A stretch of 64,000 nucleotides of DNA from Firmicutes bacterium HGW-Firmicutes-16 (GTDB lineage: Bacteria > Bacillota > Clostridia > Oscillospirales > Oscillospiraceae): positions 1 to 64,000 of the forward strand of contig PGZZ01000010.1 in assembly GCA_002841545.1 (NCBI GenBank), in the 5' to 3' direction. The notes below the pieces were generated by a model that worked only from the letters and a program-made list of their open reading frames with translations, was not told where the DNA came from and searched no databases. A program made the position numbers and the translations under genes. How positions within the stretch are numbered: the first letter of the stretch is position 1; each line of letters opens with the position of its first letter. This document shows positions 27,987 through 37,929 of the stretch, one piece after another.

Positions 27987-29038
27987 AAACGAACTTCCTT
28001 AAAGGACTTGGTGCTAAGCTCAAAACTTGGGAATTTGCCCTGCTTATGATTCTCGTTGCTGAGTTTGTTGTATTCGGCGCTGTTAACCCTAAGTTCCTCG
28101 CTTTGAATTCTCTCTTTTCGAGTGTCAACAATTACATCAGCATCTGTATAATTTCTCTATTTGTAACTTTCGTCATGATTACCGGAGGCATCGATATTCA
28201 GGCGAGTTCCATCGTCGGTCTTACCTCGATTGTTATCGGTGTCAGCTGGAGCGATCTCGGACTCAACATCTGGGTCTGTATAATACTCGCAATTGTTGTC
28301 GCAGCGGTCTGCGGTGCTATTTCAGGATATTTCGTTGCGTTCTGCAACGTGCAGCCGATGGTAGTCACGCTCGGAGGCAGTTTCCTCTACTCGGGTATAG
28401 CCCTCCTTATATCCACGCTTTCGAGCACTCCGGCTTACATGGGCATAGGCGGTTTTCCGGGCAAAACAGCGGAAGGTATCTACACCTCCTTCCGTCTGCT
28501 CGGGAAGTGGAAACTTTTTGACATGATTCCAATTCAGCTTCTCATCTATTTCGGTCTCGTTGTTATCTGTTATATACTGCTTCACAAATCAAAATACGGA
28601 CGTAAAGTCTTCCTTGTGGGTATTAACCGTAATACGGCAGAACTCTCGGGAATAAATTCCCGCCTTATCATAATGAGTACTTATATTCTGACGGGAATTG
28701 GAGCCGCAATTGCGGGTATACTATTAACTGCCAATGTTGATTCCGCAAAAAGTGATCTTGGCTCAACGTTTACCTTGTCAATCATCACGGCGGTCGTTCT
28801 CGGCGGTACCTTGAGTACCGGCGGAAAGGGCAGCATTATAGGCACAGCTCTCGCGTCACTTGTAATCTGTATCATGCGCTTCGGTCTGCCGATTTGCTTC
28901 GGCGTCAGCACACAGAACCTCGATTTGCCGATGGGAATTATGCTTGTCGTCATAATCGCTGGCCGCGCTATAACAAGCAGGCTTAAACTCTCATCCGGCT
29001 CTGTCCGCAAAGGCCGTCTAGTGCAGAAAACGCACTAA
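27983..29038 (+). CDS. lsrD: ABC transporter permease, LsrD-like
   Basis: Second ribose-type permease. Start overlaps the lsrC stop. Confidence 0.75.
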   Translation: MKTNFLKGLGAKLKTWEFALLMILVAEFVVFGAVNPKFLALNSLFSSVNNYISICIISLFVTFVMITGGIDIQASSIVGLTSIVIGVSWSDLGLNIWVCIILAIVVAAVCGAISGYFVAFCNVQPMVVTLGGSFLYSGIALLISTLSSTPAYMGIGGFPGKTAEGIYTSFRLLGKWKLFDMIPIQLLIYFGLVVICYILLHKSKYGRKVFLVGINRNTAELSGINSRLIIMSTYILTGIGAAIAGILLTANVDSAKSDLGSTFTLSIITAVVLGGTLSTGGKGSIIGTALASLVICIMRFGLPICFGVSTQNLDLPMGIMLVVIIAGRAITSRLKLSSGSVRKGRLVQKTH

Positions 29039-29102
29039 AACCGGTATCCTGGAACTCGACGTTCCTTGATATAAAAATTTAATATTTATCGGAGGAAAAT
29101 CA

Positions 29103-30227
29103 ATGAAAAAGATGTTGGCTCTCTTGCTGGCTCTCTGCATGGTGCTTGCACTTGCAGCATGCACCAGCAACAAACCCGCAGCATCAGCATCTCCTGCAGC
29201 ATCTCCCGCAGCATCAGCAGCAACCGGTGAAGTCAAGGACATTAAGGGCATGACCGTTGCATTCATCCCTAAACTGACCGGAAACTCCTTCTTTGAAGCC
29301 GCAAACGACGGCGCTCAGAAGTATGCCGCCGATTGGGGCATCACCGTTAAGTACATGGGCAGCGCAACTGCCTCTGTAACTGACCAGCTGACCGTTATCG
29401 ACCAGGCCATCGCAGAAGGCGTTGACGCAATCGCAATCTCTTCCGTTGACGCAAAGGCACTCGACGAAAAATTGAAGGAAGCCCAGGATGCCGGCATCGT
29501 AGTCTGCACATGGGATTCCGACGTATCCTCTGACGCACGTTCAATCATGGTATCCCAAGGCACAGCAGACATCCTCGGACCAATGCTGGTTGAGATGGGC
29601 GTTAAGTCCCTGACCGAACGCGGCAAGGATCCCACCAAGGACGCAATCAAGTATGTTTGGCACTATTCACAGGCAACCGTTGCAGACCAGAACTCCTGGT
29701 ATGTTGCCGGCGAAGCTTATATCAAAGAGAAGTATCCTAACTGGGTCGTAGTAAGCGAGCCCTTCTACTCCGAGCAGGACAGCCAGAAGTCCGTTTCCGT
29801 CGGCGAATCCATCCTCGAAGCATATTCAGACATCGACCTTATCATCTGCAATGACTCTACCGCACTTCCCGGCCAGTGCCAGGCTGCCCAGAACAAGGGC
29901 CTTACTGCAGAAGACATCACCATCACCGGCTTCTGCACTCCTTCCGGCATGAAGAGCTACCTCGATGCAGGCATCACCACCCGTTGGGGACTATGGGACT
30001 GCGGTATTCAGGGCGGACTCGGCTGCTACTTCGCAGCATACCTCGCAGCAGGTAACACAATCAAGGTCGGCGATACCATCAATGTTCCCGGTATAGGCGA
30101 CTGCACAGTTATCGCAAATGACCAGCTCGTTTCTGGCGATACCACTGCCGACACGAATAACGGCGTCGTGCTTCTGCCTGAGCGTGTTGAGTTCACCAAG
30201 GACAACATCGCACAGTACAACTTCTAA
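29103..30227 (+). CDS. lsrB: Periplasmic-binding-protein-type substrate-binding lipoprotein, LsrB-like
   Basis: Lipobox LALAAC followed by a type-I PBP fold. RBS GGAGGA. Confidence 0.75.
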   Translation: MKKMLALLLALCMVLALAACTSNKPAASASPAASPAASAATGEVKDIKGMTVAFIPKLTGNSFFEAANDGAQKYAADWGITVKYMGSATASVTDQLTVIDQAIAEGVDAIAISSVDAKALDEKLKEAQDAGIVVCTWDSDVSSDARSIMVSQGTADILGPMLVEMGVKSLTERGKDPTKDAIKYVWHYSQATVADQNSWYVAGEAYIKEKYPNWVVVSEPFYSEQDSQKSVSVGESILEAYSDIDLIICNDSTALPGQCQAAQNKGLTAEDITITGFCTPSGMKSYLDAGITTRWGLWDCGIQGGLGCYFAAYLAAGNTIKVGDTINVPGIGDCTVIANDQLVSGDTTADTNNGVVLLPERVEFTKDNIAQYNF

Positions 30228-30317
30228 GCCAGGTTATACTATCAAAGTTTTTGGGGCGCGGGCTGACCGCGCCCCATTTTAAAAAAATACTTATCATATT
30301 TCAAGGAGGAAATTACA

Positions 30318-31205
30318 ATGGCGGATAAAGATGGATTGAAGGTTGCGAAAGACTATCATATGGATTGTCCTTTTGCCAATACGAACGGATTCCACGTGAA
30401 GGGAGCCGGTAACCTCGACTGGGGCATGAAAAAGCACCTATCCAACATTTTCGACCCTAAAAGCGGCAACACAGTCATGTTTGCATTTGACCACGGTTAT
30501 TTTATGGGCTCCACTGCGGGTTTGGAACGGCTCGATCTTGTTATCCCGCCGGTGATTCCCTATGTTGATGTCCTGATGGGTACTCGCGGCGCACTTCGTG
30601 CCTGCATTCCGCCCGATAACCGCAAGGGCGTAGCGCTGCGCGTTACCTCAGGCTCCTCAATGCTCGACGAAGACCTTTCACATGAGGTCATTGCGGTCGA
30701 TATCGAGGACGCTATCCGCATGAACGCCGACTGCATGGCAGTGCAGACCTTCATCGGAGCGGACGGACAGCTCTCCAGTCTGGATAACCTTTCACGCTGC
30801 ATAAACCTAGGTCTGCGCTACAGCATACCCGTCATGGGCGTTGTAGCTGTCGGAAAGGATATGGAGCGCACGGATCGTTTCTTCAAGCTCGCAACAAGGA
30901 TACTGGCGGAGCTTGGTGCAAACATTGTCAAAACCTATTACTGTGAGAATTTCGAAGAGGTCGTTGCTGCCTGCCCTGTGCCGATTGTCGTCGCAGGCGG
31001 CAAAAAGCTGCCTGAGGACGAAGCGCTTACTCTCGCATATAACTCCATAAAGGGCGGAGCAAACGGCGTTGACATGGGACGCAATATATTCCAGAGCGCG
31101 CACCCAGTTGAAATGGCGATGTCCGTCCGCAAGGTCGTGCACGAAGGCTTCACAGATAAAGAGGCGTTCGAGTATTACACCGATCTTATTAACACAAAGG
31201 CCTGA
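30318..31205 (+). CDS. lsrF: Class-I aldolase family protein, LsrF-like 3-hydroxy-5-phosphonooxypentane-2,4-dione thiolase
   Basis: Near-collinear with E. coli LsrF. Ours reads MADKDGLKVAKDY..FHVKGAGNLDWGMKKHLSNIFDPKSGNTVMFAFDHGYF...VAGGKKLPEDEAL. E. coli reads [51 protein letters not shown]...IAGGKKLPEREAL. Confidence 0.8.
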   Translation: MADKDGLKVAKDYHMDCPFANTNGFHVKGAGNLDWGMKKHLSNIFDPKSGNTVMFAFDHGYFMGSTAGLERLDLVIPPVIPYVDVLMGTRGALRACIPPDNRKGVALRVTSGSSMLDEDLSHEVIAVDIEDAIRMNADCMAVQTFIGADGQLSSLDNLSRCINLGLRYSIPVMGVVAVGKDMERTDRFFKLATRILAELGANIVKTYYCENFEEVVAACPVPIVVAGGKKLPEDEALTLAYNSIKGGANGVDMGRNIFQSAHPVEMAMSVRKVVHEGFTDKEAFEYYTDLINTKA

Positions 31206-31227
31206 CCGACAAGGCCTTAAATTCAAA

Positions 31228-31280
31228 AAGAGACTGCCGCGCAAGGGATCTGAGATCCTGTGTGCGGCAGTCTCTTTTTA
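31228..31280 (+). terminator. Bidirectional intrinsic terminator between lsrF (+) and the liv operon tail (-)
   Basis: 11-12-bp stem gagactgccgc/gcggcagtctc, flanked by A5 upstream and T5 downstream. Confidence 0.6.
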
Positions 31281-31285
31281 AGCTT

Positions 31286-31912
31286 TCAGCGGATGAACAG
31301 GGGAATAGCTTTCTCGATAGTATCTACGCAGCCGTCTTCTCCCAGCTCGGAAGAATCCAAACTGATGTCGAAGTGTGCGGCGTCGCGCCAATCATTTCCC
31401 GTATAATATCGGTAATACTCTGCGCGACGTTTGTCTTCCTTAGAGATGTACCTTGCTATCTCCTTGTCGCTCCATGCGAGCGAGAAATAGGCCACTTTCT
31501 TCTTTCTCTTTTCGAGCGGAGCATGTATAAAGACGCGAAGCACATCTGTGCGGCCTGCCAGCAGATAATCGGCACAGCGACCGACTATAATACAGCTGCC
31601 GCTGCTTGATGCCAATTCCTTTATAACCTTGGCCTGAAACTCGAATAGGTTTTTGGTGGAGATGAAATCATCGTCGTCCGGAGGAAGAACCTCTCCGGAG
31701 TAGATTTTCTTAGCGGCTGTCATCATTTCAAGCTTCCCGATGTGCTCATCAGATTCCCCGAAGAGACCCTCACGGATACCGCTGACGTCAGAGGCCAGCC
31801 GCAGAAGATCGCGGTCATAGAAAGGGATATTTAGCCGCTCGGAAAGTTTAGCCGCGATATTGCGTCCTCCGCTGCCGGTTTCCCTCGCGATGGTGATTAT
31901 GAAATGTTCCAT
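31286..31912 (-). CDS. Cytidylate-kinase-like family (AAA/NMP-kinase-like) protein
   Basis: N-terminal ITIARETGSGGRNIAAKLSERLNIPFYDRDLL, typical of the Cytidylate_kin2 family. Last gene of the liv cluster. Confidence 0.55.
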   Translation of the reverse strand: MEHFIITIARETGSGGRNIAAKLSERLNIPFYDRDLLRLASDVSGIREGLFGESDEHIGKLEMMTAAKKIYSGEVLPPDDDDFISTKNLFEFQAKVIKELASSSGSCIIVGRCADYLLAGRTDVLRVFIHAPLEKRKKKVAYFSLAWSDKEIARYISKEDKRRAEYYRYYTGNDWRDAAHFDISLDSSELGEDGCVDTIEKAIPLFIR

Positions 31913-31950
31913 AGTAAGCCCCTTTCATTCTGAATTCTACTCGTCTTACC

Positions 31951-32655
31951 CTAAGCCCCCAGATAAGCCTTGCGGACTCTGTCGTCCTCTGACAGTGCCT
32001 TGGCGGAGCCCTCCATAGCAATAGTTCCGGTTTCCAGAACATATGCTCTGTCGGAGATAGCCAGCGCCATTTTCGCGTTCTGCTCAACCAGTAATATAGT
32101 TATGCCGCTTTCATGCAATTCCTGTATGATTGCAAAAATTTCTTTGACAAGGATGGGGGAGAGTCCCATTGAGGGCTCGTCCATAAGCAGCATTTTGGGG
32201 TTCGTCATCAGTGCTCGGCCTGTGGCCAGCATCTGCTGCTCGCCGCCGGACAAAGTTCCGGCCAGTTGCTTATATCGCTCTCTGAGCCGCGGAAAATGTG
32301 CATAGACCATTTCGAGGTTCTCGCTGATCTTTTTCTGGTCTTTTAGAATATATGCGCCCATCCTCAGATTCTCTTCCACAGTCAGTCTGGCAAAAACGTG
32401 ACGGCCTTCGGGAACATGAGCCAAGCCAAGATTTATGATTTTGTTGGCTTGCATTTTCTGCAGATTCTGACCGTCCAGCAATATTTCGCCTGTGGCGGCG
32501 GGCAGAAGACCGGAGATGGTGTGCAAAATCGTAGTTTTGCCGGCCCCGTTAGCACCGACAAGAGAGACCAGTTCGCCGTCGTTGACTTTGATGGAAATAC
32601 CCTTGATGGCGTGAATGGCTCCGTAAAAGACGTTCAGGTCTTTAACTTCCAGCAT
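31951..32655 (-). CDS. livF: Branched-chain amino-acid ABC transporter ATP-binding protein, LivF-like
   Basis: Walker A GANGAGKTT, signature LSGGEQQ. 234 aa. Confidence 0.85.
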   Translation of the reverse strand: MLEVKDLNVFYGAIHAIKGISIKVNDGELVSLVGANGAGKTTILHTISGLLPAATGEILLDGQNLQKMQANKIINLGLAHVPEGRHVFARLTVEENLRMGAYILKDQKKISENLEMVYAHFPRLRERYKQLAGTLSGGEQQMLATGRALMTNPKMLLMDEPSMGLSPILVKEIFAIIQELHESGITILLVEQNAKMALAISDRAYVLETGTIAMEGSAKALSEDDRVRKAYLGA

Positions 32656-32670
32656 TTCTCTAACCCCTCC

Positions 32671-33444
32671 TTATTCGCCCAGATAGGCCGCAATGACCTT
32701 CGGGTCTTTGGCTATCTCTTCCGGCAAACCGCTTGCAATCGTAAGACCGTAATCGATGACCTGAATGCGCTCGCATATGTTCATAACAAGGGACATATCG
32801 TGCTCGATAAGCAGAATCGAAATGCCGAAGCGGTCGCGAATAGCGTTGATGCACTCAAGCAGCTCGGCAGTTTCCGTGGGGTTCATGCCCGCGGCGGGCT
32901 CGTCTAGGAGAAGCAGTCTCATATCGGTTGCGAGAGCTCTTGTGATCTCAAGCTTACGCTGTTGACCGTAAGGAAGGTTCGCCGCCAATTGATCGGCCTT
33001 GCCCTCCAGCTTGAAAATGGACAGCAAATCCATGGCCTTTTCGGTCAGTTCGTGTTCAACTTTCCAGAATTTCGGTGTGCGGAACATGGCGTCTACCATA
33101 CCGTATTTTATATCCTTGGTGATCGCAGCCTTGACATTGTCGATAACAGACATCTGCTTGAACAGACGGATATTCTGGAAGGTGCGGGCAACACCCGAGG
33201 ACACAACCTGATGAGGCTTCTTGCCGTTAAGCACTTCGCCGTTCAGAATAACGGAGCCCACAGTCGGTAAATATACGCCCGTAAGCATATTGAAAACCGT
33301 TGTCTTGCCGGCGCCGTTCGGTCCAATCAGACCGACAAGTTCGCCTTCAAAAATTTGAATGTTAAAATCCTGTACTGCCTTTAGACCGCCGAAAGTGATG
33401 CCCAGGTTTCGTGTCTCAAGAACAGGCTTTTTGCTCTCAGTCAT
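32671..33444 (-). CDS. livG: Branched-chain amino-acid ABC transporter ATP-binding protein, LivG-like
   Basis: Walker A GPNGAGKTT, signature LPYGQQRKLEI (LivG-type). Confidence 0.85.
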   Translation of the reverse strand: MTESKKPVLETRNLGITFGGLKAVQDFNIQIFEGELVGLIGPNGAGKTTVFNMLTGVYLPTVGSVILNGEVLNGKKPHQVVSSGVARTFQNIRLFKQMSVIDNVKAAITKDIKYGMVDAMFRTPKFWKVEHELTEKAMDLLSIFKLEGKADQLAANLPYGQQRKLEITRALATDMRLLLLDEPAAGMNPTETAELLECINAIRDRFGISILLIEHDMSLVMNICERIQVIDYGLTIASGLPEEIAKDPKVIAAYLGE

Positions 33445-34585
33445 TCGATTTCGCCTCCTTGTTGCCCGCCTTCTGCAGAGCCTTCTTGGCTCGGTGTTCT
33501 TTTATGTCACGGACAAAGTTTAGAAGAGAAAATTCATAGGTGCCGAAAATACCTCTGGGACGGAACATAATAACCGCAATCAGGATAATAGCATACACCA
33601 GCATTGGATAAGCGAATATGCCGCCTAGGAAACCCGGCAGTGACTTTACCCAGAGACCGTTTTTGATTTGATAGTTTACAAAGAACATGACTATTGCCGA
33701 AACCACCGACCCTGTAAGCGAACCCATGCCGCCGAGCACAACCATTACAACAATGAAGGTGGAGTTCAATATTCCGCCGTTTGTGAAAGCAAAGGAGGAA
33801 GTCGAAAGCGTGGCGTTGGCGCAGGCATATAATGCTCCGGCTATTCCAGCAAAGAATGCTGAGAAGGTAAAGGTAAATATTTTATAATAGGAAGTGTTTA
33901 TCCCCGAGGCCGACGCGGCAATCTCGTCGTCACGTATTGCCTTGATGGCGCGGCCGTATTTGGAACGGATAAACATAAACATCATCGTAAGACAGATTAG
34001 CGTTACTATCAGAGCCACCCAGAGGTAAGTAACCTTGGACGCCGTGCCGAAACCCAACCCGTTTTTATAAAGAGACGCGGAGGCAGAGCCAAGGGAAAGC
34101 CCTTCCTGACCTGCAAAGGGTATGTTGTTTATGATATTCACGATTATCATGCCGAAACCGAGAGTGATAATCGCAAGATAATCGCCCTTCAGACGCAGGG
34201 CGGGGATGCCGACCAAAAGCCCGACGAGCGCAGCCAGAATACCGGCGGCTAGAATACAGCCGATTAGAACAAGAACAAAGGCTGGACCGGCTTTTTCAGT
34301 GAATACCCCAGCGCGTTGAAAGGCCAGAGAAATCAGAGCCGCCGCATAGGCACCGATTGCCATAAAGCCGCAGTGACCCAATGAAAGCTGACCCAGAAAG
34401 CCCAGTATCAGATTCAGCGAAGCCGCAAGTATTATCAGATAGCAGCACTGCCAGAGACTGGGGACAATAATTAGCCTGAACTGTTCGTTTCCGCCAAATG
34501 CCGATTTAATAAAGGCAAATGCAACTATTATTACGGCAATAACAGCGGTGTTGATAATATAGCCTTTTCCAGTTCTCTTTTTCAT
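33437..34585 (-). CDS. livM: Branched-chain amino-acid ABC transporter permease, LivM-like
   Basis: Polytopic permease overlapping livG and livH. Confidence 0.8.
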   Translation of the reverse strand: MKKRTGKGYIINTAVIAVIIVAFAFIKSAFGGNEQFRLIIVPSLWQCCYLIILAASLNLILGFLGQLSLGHCGFMAIGAYAAALISLAFQRAGVFTEKAGPAFVLVLIGCILAAGILAALVGLLVGIPALRLKGDYLAIITLGFGMIIVNIINNIPFAGQEGLSLGSASASLYKNGLGFGTASKVTYLWVALIVTLICLTMMFMFIRSKYGRAIKAIRDDEIAASASGINTSYYKIFTFTFSAFFAGIAGALYACANATLSTSSFAFTNGGILNSTFIVVMVVLGGMGSLTGSVVSAIVMFFVNYQIKNGLWVKSLPGFLGGIFAYPMLVYAIILIAVIMFRPRGIFGTYEFSLLNFVRDIKEHRAKKALQKAGNKEAKSND

Positions 34586-35502
34586 ACTTTCTCACCCACA
34601 TTCTTTCCAAGAATACCGGCAGGCTTAATGATCAGCACAATAATGAGAATCAGGAACACAAATGTGTCTGCCATACTGGAGCTAACGTAGCTTGTGGTAA
34701 AGGATTCCACGAGACCGATGATGAGTCCACCCAGCATTGCCCCGGGGATGATCCCGATGCCGCCCAGAACGGCAGCCACAAACGCTTTCAGACCAAGCAT
34801 CATGCCCATGGTTGTATAAACCTTGGGATACTGCGCCATATACATAAGAGCCGCGACGGCCGAAAGTCCGGAGCCAATGGCAAACGTCAAAACAATAGTG
34901 CGGTTGACATTAATACCCATGAGGATTGACGCTTCCTTATCCTCCGAAACGCAGCGCATCGCGCGACCCAGCTTTGTCTTTTGAGTGAACTGATACAGCA
35001 CAACCATGACGACTGCACTGATAACTATTGTCGAGACAGTGGTCCATTCCATTGTTACGCCTGCAATAGAAAATCCGCCCGTTGAAAAGATCTGGCTTGC
35101 AACTACAGGATTAGGCCCGATTGCGGGAATAGCCTGCGCAAGATTTTCCAGCAGCATGCTGACGGCGATTGCCGTAATAAGCGCGGTCATCGAAGTTCCT
35201 TTTTTCCTTATTGGACGGTATGCCACAAGTTCCGTGGTCATACCCACAAGTGCGCAGCACAAAATGGCGAAAACAACAGAGGTCCAGGCTGGCAGACCCA
35301 TGGCAAGTGCAAGCGGTATCGTGAAAATCATGGTGTAGCCGCCTACCATAATAAAATCGCCGTGCGCAAAATTGATGAGGCGGATGATGCCGTACACCAT
35401 GGTATAGCCCAGTGCCACCAAAGCGTATATACTGCCGAGCCGCAGTCCCACGATCAACGTCTGTATAAATGTACTCACGTTGTGTCCATTGCCACCTTTC
35501 AA
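34582..35502 (-). CDS. livH: Branched-chain amino-acid ABC transporter permease, LivH-like
   Basis: Polytopic permease with conserved LivH architecture. Confidence 0.8.
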   Translation of the reverse strand: MKGGNGHNVSTFIQTLIVGLRLGSIYALVALGYTMVYGIIRLINFAHGDFIMVGGYTMIFTIPLALAMGLPAWTSVVFAILCCALVGMTTELVAYRPIRKKGTSMTALITAIAVSMLLENLAQAIPAIGPNPVVASQIFSTGGFSIAGVTMEWTTVSTIVISAVVMVVLYQFTQKTKLGRAMRCVSEDKEASILMGINVNRTIVLTFAIGSGLSAVAALMYMAQYPKVYTTMGMMLGLKAFVAAVLGGIGIIPGAMLGGLIIGLVESFTTSYVSSSMADTFVFLILIIVLIIKPAGILGKNVGEKV

Positions 35503-35576
35503 TCAGAAAAACAGGGGAGGCGCGCCCATTTAAAGGAGCGCCCCCCGTTTTTCTTCTAAGAGTTATTGATAAATGC

Positions 35577-36800
35577 TTATGCCTGAGGAAGTTCCTTGAC
35601 CACGTCCACAAGCTTGGTTGTGACCGTAGTACCTTCAGAGGTGAAGGATATGATTGATGCGCCCTTGGTCGGAGTGCCGGAAGCATCAAGAGAGAAGGTG
35701 CCGGTTACGCCTGTATAGACTGCGGAGGTATCGGCCAGAGCGTCACGTACAGCAGTGGCATCAGTGGAGGCGGCCTTCTCGATAGCCTGCTTATACATAT
35801 AAACTGCGTCATATGCAAGAGCGGAGATGGCGTTCGGGGTGGCGCCGAATTTTGCTTCATAGGCTTTTACGAAAGACTGAACCTTATCAGAGGTGTCAGC
35901 TGGATCGTAGTGGTTGGTCCAATAGACGTCATTGAAGACGCTTAGGTCAGCGCCGTCTACGACATAGTCGGGAGTGCTGTCGTAGCCGTCAGCGCCCATG
36001 ATGATGCCCTTATAGCCGGCAGCACGAGCCTGGGTGACGATATAGGGTCCGATAACATCATAGTAATAGGGAGCATAGACGAACTCAACGCCGGCCTTTA
36101 CCATGGATGCAAACTGGTTGGTGTAATCCTGAACGTCCAAAGATGCGGTTGACTCAACGGCCTTAACTGTTACGCCGTATTTTTCGCAGGCGGTGTTGAA
36201 GGAGTCATACAGGCCCTTGGAATAAGTATCAGCTGCGCAGTACACAACGCCGACTTCGGTGTATCCGGACTGCTTTGCATAGGCAGCAGCGATAGCGCCC
36301 TGGAAGCTGTCAGCATAGCAGGCACGGAATACATAGTCATCCACAGTTGTGATGGAGTCTGCGGTGGCGGACGGTGTCAGAAGACAAACCTGTTCTTCGT
36401 TAGCTGCATCGGTGATAGCGGAGGTACAGCCGCTCGTTACGGAGCCGATGATGAGGCCGATGCCCTGAGAAACAAGGGAGTTGAATGCGTTGAGGCACTC
36501 AGTCGGGTCAAACTGATCGTCAGCGTTTACTATCTTGACCTGACTTCCGTTGATGCCGCCTGCGGCGTTGATTTCTTCAACAGCCAAATCGACAGCGGTT
36601 GTTACGGCGGAGCCGTAAGCTGCGAGTGAACCGGTGTTAGGGGAAATGGTGCCGATGGTGATTTCTCCGCCTGCGGCTGGTGTTTCAGCTGCATCGGATG
36701 CTGCGGGTGTGGCACTAGCTGCTGAGCCGGAGCCTCCGCAAGCTGCGAGGCTTAAGCACATGCAAGCTGCGAGCAAGAGACATGCAAGTTTCTTTTTCAT
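35577..36800 (-). CDS. livJ: Branched-chain amino-acid ABC transporter substrate-binding lipoprotein, LivJ/LivK-like
   Basis: Lipobox LAAC plus a type-I PBP (Leu/Ile/Val-binding) fold. RBS AGGAGGAAG. Confidence 0.8.
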   Translation of the reverse strand: MKKKLACLLLAACMCLSLAACGGSGSAASATPAASDAAETPAAGGEITIGTISPNTGSLAAYGSAVTTAVDLAVEEINAAGGINGSQVKIVNADDQFDPTECLNAFNSLVSQGIGLIIGSVTSGCTSAITDAANEEQVCLLTPSATADSITTVDDYVFRACYADSFQGAIAAAYAKQSGYTEVGVVYCAADTYSKGLYDSFNTACEKYGVTVKAVESTASLDVQDYTNQFASMVKAGVEFVYAPYYYDVIGPYIVTQARAAGYKGIIMGADGYDSTPDYVVDGADLSVFNDVYWTNHYDPADTSDKVQSFVKAYEAKFGATPNAISALAYDAVYMYKQAIEKAASTDATAVRDALADTSAVYTGVTGTFSLDASGTPTKGASIISFTSEGTTVTTKLVDVVKELPQA

Positions 36801-36841
36801 TATTTTCTTCCTCCTATTAAAATGACTGGTACTGAAAAACG

Positions 36842-36940
36842 CAACAAGACAAATGAAAATGCCTCGTTGCGTTTATATTATCTTACATCGTCAGGGTATT
36901 CCTTGTCAATTAACTATTTAAACCAAAAAAGCGAAGTCAA
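36842..36940 (-). promoter_or_regulatory. Putative promoter plus a leader hairpin with U-tract upstream of livJ (minus strand)
   Basis: Minus strand has TTGACA-N17-(TG)TAAGAT. It is followed by the hairpin acgcaacgag/cttgttgcgt plus UUUUU, about 30 nt before the livJ RBS. Confidence 0.35.
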
Positions 36941-37165
36941 TATTAGAGGATTTGTTGCTATCTGTCTATTCTATCTCTTTCGGACTGTATTTGCAGGATG
37001 AGCTAATATGATTATGCACTATGTTCATGGTGTGGAAACAAATGTTCATGGAAACAAACGGCGTCGTCCGCTTCATACAGTTTACAAAATACCATACATA
37101 TGTATTGACCGTTCTACTAAAATATGGTATTGTCGAATCAGTAAAAATTAAAAGGGAGGATACAT

Positions 37166-37801
37166 ATGCTGTTCGGAGATTTATCCAACAAGCCGCTGGC
37201 TGACGCGGCGAAACAGATGGTGCGTGACCCATCCAACTTCAACTGGACGTTCATAGCTATTTTTGCCATCGTGGTCATCATCTATGTAAACGAGATACAA
37301 AAAAAGGAGTATAAGGCTATAGCTGCGGCGCTGGCGCTTTACTCGGTGCATTGGTTCTATGAGATAACGAATGCTGTCATCAACCATTTTGCGGGCTATG
37401 CACTGTGGACAGTTTCGGCAGCGAGCACCTCTTTTATTCTGCTCATCGGCGTTTCGTGGGAATTGTCGATGATGTTCTCCATAGCTGGCTTTACTTCGAA
37501 GCTCCTACCTGATGACAAGGATAAAAAGATATTTGGCATCAACAACCGAATAGTTTTTGCCATAGGCTCTGCACTGATGTTCTCGGTGGTTGAGATATTC
37601 CTTGCTTGGACGCCCGCTTTTATATGGGTATTTCCTTGGTGGGGCGCGATTCCCGTGTTCATCACGACCTATATCCCGTTTTTCCTCGCGAGCTACCTTA
37701 TATATGACAAGAAGGCGAAAACACAGAAGACCTTCATCATCACGATGTTCGCAATCGACGCCGTGGCGCTTGCCGTGCTGATACCTCTGGGGATTATATA
37801 G
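37166..37801 (+). CDS. Hypothetical polytopic membrane protein
   Basis: 211 aa with 5-6 predicted TM helices. RBS AAGGGAGGA. No recognisable motif. Confidence 0.4.
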   Translation: MLFGDLSNKPLADAAKQMVRDPSNFNWTFIAIFAIVVIIYVNEIQKKEYKAIAAALALYSVHWFYEITNAVINHFAGYALWTVSAASTSFILLIGVSWELSMMFSIAGFTSKLLPDDKDKKIFGINNRIVFAIGSALMFSVVEIFLAWTPAFIWVFPWWGAIPVFITTYIPFFLASYLIYDKKAKTQKTFIITMFAIDAVALAVLIPLGII

Positions 37802-37810
37802 AAACCGAAT

Positions 37811-37858
37811 AAAAGCCTCGCCGTGATTTTGTGCTAGAAAATAGGCGAGGCTTTTTGT
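37811..37858 (+). terminator. Rho-independent terminator
   Basis: 11-bp stem aaagcctcgcc/ggcgaggcttt followed by tttgtatttt. Confidence 0.75.
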
Positions 37859-37892
37859 ATTTTGTTATAAACCTGCAAATCGAAAACAGTTA

Positions 37893-37922
37893 TTGACAAA
37901 ATGCGAATCCTGTTGTTATACT
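37893..37922 (+). promoter_or_regulatory. Sigma-A-type promoter for the T-box-vor operon
   Basis: TTGACA, 17-18-nt spacer, TATACT. Confidence 0.5.
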
Positions 37923-37929
37923 TTAAATT

